This document shows positions 53,301-64,000 of a stretch of 64,000 nt of DNA, one piece after another (position 1 is the stretch's first letter; each line of letters opens with the position of its first letter). The stretch comes from Balanoglossus misakiensis (Eukaryota > Animalia > Hemichordata), in contig CM082578.2 in the NCBI GenBank assembly GCA_040954595.2, positions 9,037,519 to 9,101,518 on the forward strand, written 5' to 3'. The position numbers and the translations under genes are program-made. The notes below the pieces were generated by a model. It worked only from the letters and a program-made list of their open reading frames with translations, searched no databases and had not been told where the DNA came from.

Positions 53301-56300
53301 TAAATCGCGGGCTTTACTATTTCACATCAATAAAGAACTTGAAAAACAGGCTCTGGACTCATGGCTATAAGAAAATCATGTGACGTCAAGGATGTATCAA
53401 CCGATGTAATTCCTCCCACCTTATATCGTCCTTCGTATGAGGGTGCTGTTTCAGTTTTTCATCACACAGCAGCAGATCAACCACTTCGTTGTCGGAGAGA
53501 CCGTTTTTGGACGCTGTAAGATATGACAGTGCTCGGTCGGCGATAAGACTCTGCGCATGCGTGTCCAACGCCCATGTAAATAAACTTGTCAACTCTTCGC
53601 ACGGTACTGTCTGTAACGAAGAAATAAGAATTTGATCATGGACAGTGTACGCATAGAAAGAAAACACGTATAAGCTGTGATGTGACCTTGATTGTTTGAC
53701 ATCATGGTGACAAATGGATTCCGGTTTTCACATTTGGAGATTAGTAGTGTGAACTTCCATTTCTTGCTGAAATAATCCGCGCCATTATCTGTTTGGTAAG
53801 ACTAAACCCATTTACCCCGAATAAAAATGCATTATGCGCTTGAAAAAAAATATTATCTGTAAAGGAAAGGCCGTCGGCTTTTAATAGTGACATACAAGGA
53901 ACCCATCAATTGCAATTTTCTCCAAAGGATTTATTATCGGCGAGTACAAAGATTTCCTTCGAAGATTAGAAAAAAAAATCAAATATTAAACAGATGGTAA
54001 GGCTGATAAATCGTGCGGAACATAAAATACATTATCAATGGTTGCTAAGCAATTCGGTTTGGCATTCTCAGCAGCAATAAAATATTCAACGGATGAGAAA
54101 GTTAAAAATAAATCGAACGTACCGCAAGCTCATCAAATGACCGCCAGGTACAGCATTCGTGGAAGAGACAACGGAGAAATAGGGGCTCGGGTCGTCTCTC
54201 CAAGGCTTCGGCTACTTGTTTGTCTTGTTCCGCCGTCAATGACCGACCGGCGTCACGTAACCACCCATGAAATATGGATTTCATCTGTTGGAAGAGATGA
54301 ACTTCTTCAGGTTACTATATTCCAATCATTTGGAAATGGGGATGTACATGTATATACGCCCTTTTCATAAGCCTAGCGCCCCCAATGCAGCCATCATGAA
54401 TTTGAACTCAATGCGAGGCCAATGGGGGAAAGTTGACCAATCACATCAAGAGGCTTTCCCAATCGGCCTCGGCCTTTGAGTTCAAAATGATGATTGGCTG
54501 CACGAGGGCGCTAGACGTAAGAAAGGTGTGTATTCTCATAGTCTGGAAAATGTTCTCACGCAAGCACACGCACGCACACATGGACGCACTTACCTCTTCC
54601 TTACGCAGGAACGGAATTTCTAGGACATTCCTCTCTGGAATGAATGACTTCAGGAGATACTGGAGTTTTGGCGTTCGCACAGCTGATATGACGAGTCTGA
54701 CATTGCGATTGGGAAAGGCGTGTTGTAACCACAGCATGATGTTATCCAATGAAGTAGCGTCCATCTGGATGAAGAAGTACAAAAAATGGTCTTGAAATTA
54801 AGTTTCAATTGGCCAGGATGCGTTATCGACTGAAAGTAAAATGGCTGCGATTTCTTAAGCGTGTGGGTTTTTGGCCAAATTCTCAGAAGGAATATTCGTT
54901 CAGATACTGGGAAATGAAGCCAACTCACGGACAGAAATGGCCACGAGAACGATCGAATTACCTTGTGGAGAGAATCCAGAAAAATCCACAATGGCTTCCC
55001 GCGCTGTGCCAGCCTTAGACATGACTGGAAGACATTGCATAAAGTGTGGAGGTCATAGGTCAGGTTTTCGGCGATATTGCTCCCAAACGCACGGGATATC
55101 TGAAAGTAATCAAACGGGCAAATTATCGATACATTTGCAAAGATGACATTATACCGATTTGAATCCTTGCTGCTACAACCATCTAAATCCAGCGCGCAGT
55201 TATCATATAAGTGGAAACTTTGCTCCTGAGAATTAAAAGAGGCCAGCAAGCTAATACTAGTAAACTATACGTGTACATGTACCTTTATTGTATCGCCTTT
55301 CACTTCATTTCAATTTAATGCTATGCAGGTTCACGTTACACATATCGCTTTGTTTCGTGGGAACAGATTAAATCATATCATCCTATTTGTTTCCTGTACC
55401 GGCCTCAGAAACTTCTTACTAGGTGTATTAATATATATTATGAGGCAAATATGATTTTTATCTCACTGTATTACATTTCCCAACATCTAACTATCATTTC
55501 TGATTATTTGTAAAGTGAACCGTAATCTGAATACTTGGGTTTTCTTTCATCATAGTATTGCATTAAACCAAAATTTCAATATATTCAAAAACGTGGTGCC
55601 CTCGCTAGAGAATACTTTATACTTTGCTATAGGTTATATACTCGTTTTAAAACTCAAGTACTATCCCGGGGGAGCTGATTTTAGTTTTAGTCCCATGCCA
55701 TGGGCACATTGGGGAAATTACTATATTTTAATTCACGGGTTTTTCAAAGGCAAGTGAATCTTATAACGTTATTATATGCTATTCCTTTAAGTCTATATAC
55801 TGCAGCTGTATACTGGTACCTTACCTGCAGCGCCAGACTTCTGAGGATCCCCAGGGAGGTCTCTGAATGGGGAGAGGTTGCTAGGTAACGGACAACCACC
55901 ACGGCGCTGTTGGTGCTGGAGCGCATTTGTTTCACCAGGTTGGCCATAAAAGTAGTGAGACCGCACCCTGTGGCAAAAAAAACAAGAACACCACGTCGAA
56001 ACATCTGAAACTGCGCTGAAGAGCTGAAAGTGGCTTTGTAAGCAAATCGGTGCATAAGACATCTGTGCGCGTCCTGGTGCCTCAGTAAACAGATTTTTTG
56101 TATGGAACACCCGCGCATAAACACCATTCAAAATCGGGTTCTCCCCCATTCTTGAGGACGATAACGCTACTATACACCACACGTTAAGATACAACTCAAG
56201 TACACTCAGAACGGCCTATTTCTACCAAATTTAAGGAACAAAATTCACATTAAAATCATTGCATCTCACACCACAGTGTGGCGGGACTTACTGTACTCAA

Positions 56301-58245
56301 TAATTGACAATACAAAATCGTTTATACTCCAAAATCGAGGGTTTATCTCGGGATGAAATGATCTCATGCTTAGTAGAATGTCCTTGCATGCATGCAACGC
56401 ATGCATACATTATTAATAATAATACTACTAATAATATTTGTTTTTATATAGCGCATTCTCAATGCGCTTTTCATAATGTTGAGGGTTAATTTACTCTCAA
56501 ACGGAGATTAGAAAAAAAATGCATGGGGAGATCCTGTCGAAATAATCATACTAAGAGTCGAGTCATTCGCATTGGGAGCGTGATTTAATTATCGTTTCAC
56601 AATTATCTTGTGCATAGCAACAGAAATGATTCCCTGTGACCAGCTTATGCGTTGGTTAGCGCACATGCGACTATGTTCTGATTAGGGCAGAAATAGGGCC
56701 GAAGTAGTTGAATCCGGTTTTGCCTGCATGGCTAGTCTTTTGGATAGGTTCAAGATAATACAAGTATCCCTCATCAGCTTTGTATACCAAACGCCAATGG
56801 ATTTTGTATGGCAACATGAGAAAAGAAAAGCTATCTTACTTCTGAAGGCCCATATACGCCATTTTATAAAGCCATAAATAACAAATTGTCTCTCATTGAT
56901 ATGGGGATGCTGTCTTATGTAAAGGATAATAATGTACAAGTGGAGTGCGGCCCTCGTGTCGTTCAATATCTGAACGATTGCACGACACGAGTACATTATC
57001 CGGCTTACAATACGTCGCAACATCTGTGATCTTGATATATGCTAAACAACTTCTCAACCGCATCAACCAATCACAAGCGTCGCAAAATACACCTGGTGTA
57101 TGACTCATTTCGATTGGATACTTGTCAGCCAGGGCATTTGTCACGTGGTCATGGAGGTGCCACGTTTCCATCATCATTCGGAACTCAACCTTCGACAGAC
57201 AAACACCATGGCCGAAAGTAGCGACAAGCACGAGCTTTTCATTACCCATGGAGCACGTTCCGACACCCAAGCGAAAGCGAAGGGCGTAGCTTTTACGATA
57301 TGGACTGGATTTTCCAAGATTTTGGTAGCTTCATTGAAGAGAATGTACATAAACCATCGGTCATGGAAAGTGTCCTGCAGAAAATCAAGGGTGCCTTTCT
57401 CCTGACCTGCAGCCGCCATTGCGCACATCCTCTGTAAGTACCATTTTTCTGTCATTTTCCTCGGAACTTGTAAATTTGTAGTTTTATATTTATCAGGAAT
57501 GTTCGATTGTACGTCAGCGTAGGCACTTCAGGGAAGTTTTGGTACGTCGAAAAAAATCAAGCTTTCAGGTGAATCCGTATAAATATTTTGACCCCCTTTC
57601 AAGTAACGCTTGATAATCTGTATATACATGTGTTGAGAAGAACATTATGCGAGTTTTATGACTCATATAATTCACAGTAATACACAATACTTATTTTGTG
57701 GGTGAATGATGAGATTACTAGTACAGTTTTACGCTTGAGAGAAAAGCGTTGGCGAGAGGTAAATGTATTTACGGACGCACTCCTTCATAGCGGATTGCTC
57801 CCTATGGCAATCGACGTCACTATTCTAATGTTTAGCTTCTTCAAAGCCTATAATCGATCATAAAAATGAATATTTTTTTACTTCTGTATCGGGAATATTT
57901 GCATGTTAAAGAACGGCAAACGGTCTCCGTACTTGTTCTGTGGAGAGAATTATACAAGTGGAATTGGTAACTTGTCTCGGCGAAATTGTCTGCGTGAGTG
58001 TATACTATCACACATACCTGGTTTACTGTAGATGATCAAAGGCTTGTTCTTGTCAAACTTGTCTACCGGCGAATGGGAACTGAAATAGGACAGCACTCTC
58101 TTCTTGAGCTCCTCCATTCCGACCATGTCGCTCGTCGCATACTGCTGAGTCAGCACGGTGTGGTGGGACACCTCTTGCGAGACCTCGTCGGCTGTGGACA
58201 GTCGGCTGGTCTTGGCTGCCCGCAGTATCATCTCAACCATACGAC
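44308..58245 (-). CDS. NACHT/STAND NTPase-like plus WD40-repeat protein (NWD1/NWD2/TEP1-like); 18 exons, about 1300 aa traced, N-terminus not located
   Basis: Exons: 58245-58018, 55967-55825, 55099-54962, 54764-54594, 54284-54123, 53610-53420, 53022-52894, 51895-51744, 51358-51219, 50983-50860, 49144-48843, 47883-47739, 47456-~47288, 47073-46441, 46289-46115, ~45807-45352, 45110-44840, 44483-44308. P-loop region PLIIYSKPG|CGLTTFMA, then VVVVRYLATS, Walker B LWIFLDSL, VRLVISA, PLFLR, LSYLTASKNGLSDNEVVDLL and YNQRTLMELPWAL (all NWD-type). Multiple WD repeats follow (ITSLATSPNSELLASV..VLRVWD, VVKMWD, LWD), ending VVGDDEGNAHSLELVP*. Confidence 0.85.
48016..48812. mobile_element. Non-autonomous DNA transposon (MITE-like) with long imperfect TIRs
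   Basis: AGATGGGTCCCTAGGATCTTTTTGC(T/C)CGTTGCTATGGGCCTTTATAGGACA at 48016 is inverted at the end at 48812. Imperfect pairing extends about 140 bp (48016-48158 / 48668-48812). A possible 2-bp TSD (TC) flanks it. No transposase ORF. Confidence 0.85.
56918..57578 (+). mobile_element. Dispersed ~640-660 bp non-autonomous element, copy 2
   Basis: Direct copy of 10400-11042 with small indels and substitutions. It lies in the NWD-gene intron that splits the P-loop. Confidence 0.8.
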
Positions 58246-61200
58246 CTGCGCACATGATGAAGCAGTTTTAGTCTGAGCGATGGTGTACTATAGAATAGAT
58301 ACGTGGTCAAGTGTACACACCGAGAAGTAATATAGCGAAGTGAAGCCTCTGGTTAATATCCTGCCAATGTATACATGGTATTACAGTATTAAGGTCACGC
58401 TTTGCGACTGAACTTGGTGATTTGCAATTCCCCGTATGTAACAATGCTCATTTTATGTTGGGTCCCATTACAGCTCCCGTGTTCACACGCGGGATCTAAT
58501 CATAATGTCCTACCGATGCGCGCGCACGTGTGTCAGCCTGTTACGCAATATCTAAAGAACGACTGAAGGGATTGAGTAGCAATCGCTTTGCAGGTAGTGT
58601 TTAAATGACAAGAGCTTATTTTTGATGGGCGTGGATTTCACATCACTGAGATCATGTAATTTGATATTCAACTTACTTCTAATTCACATTTAACAACTTG
58701 TATAATACATGAAGTTAGGCAATGTCCAAAGTTATGTCCAAAATGACGTATCTTGTTATAGATAGCGAGCTTTTGAAGATATAGTGTTGCACTATTTATT
58801 GCTAATTTATACATGTTCAATCTTTCAAACCACGGGAGCAACATATTCAGGTCCCGTATTTGATTTACTTAGCCTTTCAAATGTTTTGATGTTATTTGCA
58901 CGACATAATCTGAAGCGTGCTCACGCACTGAACTCTATAAAATATTTCGACAGTGCCACAATTTATTGCAAAGCTGAAGTAATATTTTCTGACAAGCCTT
59001 AGGAGTACTTAGCATGCACCGCGGAGATTTATGACGTAATCGGAAATGTTGAAAACGTTTGTATTTTTTAGCAAATTGTTACGTGCAATCCTATCGGAGG
59101 TATTTATTTGGCTGTGAATGCCTCGGGCAGCAGTTACTTGGGGGAGATAATCACTACATAGCGTTAGCTGATTAGTCTTAACCTCCGATAAAAAATCTCG
59201 TTCGATGTGCAATGTTGACTGCACAATGTTATCGACTTTGCGACGAACACGCATTTCCAAGTGTTGATAACGCTGCAAATATCTCGCCGTTAGTGTTCAA
59301 GGTTTTAAAATGATATCTGCACGACTGTTATTAAATTGCACGAGACGAGTGATTTGGCTACGCGATGCAGTCATTTGCCATACGCTCGATTTGAATACAG
59401 TTCCAGTAAAAGAGTATTTGATATTCTACCACATTCTCCGGTTTCGATATACACGGGCGAGTTTGTTTTCTCGTACTCCGTTTTCGACACACAGGTGTAC
59501 ATGGAGATTTATCATAATTATAATGACGTGCACGTAGGCATTTGACATGTACGTGGCATGATAACGCGATTAATACTAGTAGTCAGGGCTGTGCTTTATT
59601 GTCACGAAGTACGAGTGAAGCAAAGCACCTGAGCCAATGTTTTTATTTTCTACATTCAGCGAAAGCGGACTAGTAAAACCTTACGAAATCGCTTTAATGA
59701 TTCGAGCTATACAGGAAATTTATGGTCGAGTACCGCACGCACGCGAAGGTCCTTTTCAATTTCTTCTCTGTACTAAATACCGTCAGCTACAGAATCGTAT
59801 TCCATGCCCGTCTTTTAATTACCCAGCTTGAAGCTGGAGTCGCATATTTTGCGTTGTAAAGGCTATAGCAGAGAGACTTCAGGTAAATTGTAAGGGGGGT
59901 GTTACAAATATGATGGCTCCAGGAAAACGTGTGCTCATACGGACTTTGTTCACAAGACAGTCAGATATCTCTAATGAGTGTATTGCAAAGCAAAGTCATC
60001 CTGAAAAGCGAGCGTTTCTTTAGTAGACCCAGTTTCACTGACTGTCTCCGTTTCTTTGGTAACTTAATACGACATTCCATTTTCGTGTGTAATCGTAACA
60101 TGTAAGCTTTAATTAGGATCAGAATGTACAGCCAGTGGAAAAAATAGACGTGACGGGATTGTATACGTGGGTGTGTTCAATCTAACTGCATGGGAAGGTG
60201 TGAACCACACACGTAGAATATCAGGCAAGTGACAGAACTGAATATTGCATTCTCAAGCCGCTATGCTTAGAGAGATATCTGTCCTCTGCGATAGTTACGT
60301 CTCTGTGTTCCTGCTGACGCTCTGGCCTCATTAGCATTTAAATCCGATGCGGCTGAAGTGAACGCGAGTCTTGCCTTCAGAGCTAAACGTACTCGCAACC
60401 CCTAAAGCGCACTCCGTATGTGCACAATCCTAGCTTGAAATCTTTCACCGATTTCGCCGCGTGGCGTGTAATCTCACCTCTTGACTCGAAATCTTCTTAA
60501 TCAAAGTATTTCAGTCCTCCGTGTCACGGTTAGTGGCGTCTTGTCAGTACATCTTACGACGTGGAGGACTCACATGAATTATTTTGAAGCCGCGCAAAAT
60601 CAGTTCGTGGGTGACTTAAAACGCCGGAATAGTTTTATCTCTGGCGTACTGAATATATTACCCACATCAATTTTAAATCATGATGTATCGCATCTTTCAT
60701 TAAAATGTACACCAGTTCTAATGCAAGATTTAACGAACGTCGACCGTTCGTGAGGCAAAACGCTCCGTGGGGTCAGTTTGTCTTCGTTGCCACGGCAACA
60801 AACGAGAAACCGACAAAGCCATTTGAGAATGCCATTTCGAAGAAATGCAATCACCCAGTGCCTCGTAGGTCGAATATTTCGTAAACAACCTATTGAACCG
60901 TTCTTGTCTTGGGCGTTTAATTTCGTGCGTTGCATTTTGACAGCTAAATGTATTCATGATCGTGATCTTTGCCATACTCTTTCTCGCGAAAACATTAATC
61001 ACCCATTTTGCTTACTGATAGTCATCTCGTTTTTCACTGTAGTGATTTTAGTCCAGCTGTATTTCATACGAGATAAAGAAGATAGCGGTTGAGAGCCTGG
61101 TGTAAGACAAAATATTCTCATACATAACAATTAAGGGAACAGGTTATACGTGCAAACTGAGCCGAGATGTTCCCAGGAGCATAAAGCAGATACTGATTTG

Positions 61201-62092
61201 CCTTGCGTGTTTCATCATGAGTAAGTCGGCACAAAGAAATATTAGCGTTGTGTGCTTGGAAAGCGTAAGACGTGCTCAATGAGGTCGAAGTCGATCTAAA
61301 ATTACCATATATCTGCTTGAGTTGGCATTGAGTACGTATCTCCTTTGCTGTATACATGTAAGATCGCCTGGTACATGGTGTTGTATGAAGTAGACATGCA
61401 ACAAAGCTGGAACCTTCTTCAAAGAAAGCCCTGCGCGACTGCGGCTTCAGTCATCAAACCTTTCAAACAATACCCTTGAGCAGAGGTTCTGGGAAATAGC
61501 ATTGTTTTCGAGGCATGCCTAAAATTCCCATGTACGTTCGATATCATACAGATTGTACGTCGATTGTATGATGCCGGTCAGACCACATAATGACGTTTTG
61601 AAGATATGTCCCAGATAACATAAATGGAGCAATGCATATATCGGTGAATGAATCCCCGCGTCCTAGTTATTGTACTTTTCCTAAATAAAACGCAAAATCT
61701 CTGCGGCGACATATTTTATTTATCAGACTTGGTCTCCCATCGATCACGTTTAAGCAATTCATCTCATTCTCGTATCTTTGGACTCCATGTCTGACACGAG
61801 TTCAGCCATTTTGCCATGCCAAGATCTGAAGTGAATTCGAGATCAAAGACACCGTTCATTCTCTTTGCTGACGTTGTTCGTCTGTGTTACTGAGTCACAT
61901 GGGAACGATAAGTGAGAATTGTACACACACTCCGACGGCCCTCATATTGTTGATTCGTGATCAGATTTTGCACTGCGACCCTGTTCAGAAGCTTTCCTGT
62001 ATGATTTAGTATTATTTTGACTTTTTCTCTCAATACCTCTGTACTTTAATGCGTTGATGTAACTCTTCTCATATTTCGAGGAGGAATAAAGG

Positions 62093-62178
62093 AACAACAA
62101 CAACAACAACAACAACAACAACTCACTCACTCACTCACTCGCTCACTCGCTCACTCACTCACTCACTCACTCACTCAC
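62093..62178. repeat. Compound microsatellite (CAA)n-(CACT)n
   Basis: Same compound order as at 32372-32551. Confidence 0.9.
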
Positions 62179-64000
62179 TACTTTTTGACCATGTCAATTA
62201 AATTATCTCTCTTTGTTCAGTCATCTTTACTAATGAAAAGTAATAGGCTCCGGGATTGAAACAAACACGTGTTGGTGACACAGTTAATCCTTGGGAGGAA
62301 CAAAAAGGAACAGACGTAGTTATGTACGTTTCACTTGCCCGTGAGCAAAAGAACTTATTAGTATACATTCAAAGACTTTCGTCGGTTAGTACATTTCACA
62401 AACAATTCCAAGAAAATTGCCCAGTTGGCGCCTGTTGGCGAAAGAGCTCCCTCGAATGCTTTCTCTCACAGGAACGCAGCACTCTCACTGGTTTCTGTTC
62501 GTGTGCGCATCAGATTTCTTTTGTGACGATAATGAATTTGGCAACTCGAAAATGAAAATGCTGGGAACAGCAGAAGTCACTGTGAGAGTAAAAAGAACCG
62601 GCCTAGTCGCTGGAGAAACATCACAAAGCCGCATTCAGGAGGTCTACTAAAAGTTAGCGCCTCAACTTTTTAAGCATCTTAGCGAAAAATAAGATAGAGT
62701 TACTGCTTAATATCTTTCCTATAGGAAAAACCGTGCTTAAGATTGGCCTTTACAAATCCGAAGGCTGTTTGTACATCTGAACTCAATACCCGTTCCCTCG
62801 TGTTCAGTCGGCTATTGTTCATATTTGAGTCATCCAGATAAACTCGGCTCATCGTGCGCAACTCGCAACTATACATGTCAGTTCAGTTCGGTTCGAGTTG
62901 AATGTGTCTCTCGCTGTGTTTTTCATGGGTTGTTGCATGTAGATTCGGAATAGACTTCTTCAGGGCCTGCAACAAAGCCAAGTGCCTTGAGAGAGCGCAA
63001 CACTGCAAAAGTAATTTTCCGAATTCTGCGTAATCAAGTAGCCCCGGTCGGTATATTTTGACGCATGTCTGAGATCACGTGACAGACACTTTGGATAATC
63101 TTCTACAAAACAGATTTTTAACAGCACCCAGCAAAAGATGAAGGTTGAGTGATGACAATCAGTAGAAGAATTATTTTAGTCGTGCCGGTACCAGATGTTA
63201 TGTTGTCACGTCTTATATCGATCGAAACCCTCGACAAACATCGCAGACGAGCGTGCTGAGAAGGTTTTAATGCGCGCTTATTTGAGAAAGATATCCCGCA
63301 GCGTTTTTCGCAGGGTGCTACCGTTAAGAAATTGATTTTTCAAGGCTGCACACATCGTCCATCAATAATCATTTCAAGATTTGAGATGTTTTTTTGATTT
63401 CAGCTGCCTGACTTCATGATCTATTCAGAGTTTCGTCCAGTAATAGGCAGAGAAATCTTGACTTGAAATACCTGTCTCGTCTCATCTCGGCAGTGGTTGT
63501 TATTACAATCTTGGATGTTTACGTTTATTTACTGATCGAGTTGAGGGCGTGGCTGAGTGCTTTGGATTTGATACCTTTCTTGAGTACATACAAAACATGC
63601 ATTAAATGGGAAAAGTACCCTTTTCAATGGAGAGAATGATTTAATAAGCAATACAATTACAATTAAATCAAATGTAGATCACGCGACTTGGCTACATTAA
63701 ATAGACGCCACCTACATGGTGTGTAAGCAATCCATTATTTAAAAAAAATAACTCAAAAAGAACACATCTTCTCGTATCATTTAACTTATACCACCTTCGA
63801 ATCCGAAATACAGGAGTCTATTTCTGTGAACACCGTGCCATCGTAATAAGTCACTTTCATGACCCCTAAATGATCTCCCATCCTTGTACTACCGGTGGTA
63901 CGTGATTGTCAAAATTCAATATTTTACTACAAGAAATGCGTAAAACTTTGCTTGAAAAAATGATTTTGCTTAATAATGTAGCACACACCAAATTCATTGA

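Noticed and set aside
62417-62650. THAP-like ORF (W...FVCASDFF)
   Set aside because: Lacks the C2CH zinc ligands and the AVP motif; the resemblance is too weak.
1-64000. CRISPR array, rRNA or prokaryotic defence system
   Set aside because: No repeat-spacer arrays, rRNA or operon structure; the sequence is intron-rich animal DNA.

Overview
Eukaryotic (animal) genomic DNA: GT-AG introns, microsatellites and dispersed repeats. The repeat style and gene content suggest a marine invertebrate, possibly a deuterostome (inference). All genes are on the minus strand. Going right to left there is an 18-exon NACHT/STAND-plus-WD40 gene (NWD1/NWD2/TEP1-like, 44308-58245, 5' end not found), followed by a head-to-tail array of three type II membrane M1 zinc aminopeptidases (aminopeptidase N-like). 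Two of these are complete (31832-41550, 15 exons, about 990 aa; 7609-23518, 17 exons, about 982 aa), and the third shows only exon 1 (247-917) before running off the window. Mobile DNA includes an internally deleted tyrosine-recombinase (DIRS/Ngaro-type) retroelement with nested direct repeats just upstream of the middle peptidase, two copies of a hairpin-capped ~640 bp element, and TIR/MITE elements. The most notable points are the NACHT protein's degenerate Walker A (SKPGCGLT, no lysine) together with an AA in place of an AG splice acceptor, divergent active-site motifs between the peptidase paralogues (SAMEN/TQMQ vs GAMEN/TQLE), and two intron presence/absence differences between them. I see no evidence of a prokaryote-style novel system. 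Exon models were built by hand from translation and splice signals, without database searches.
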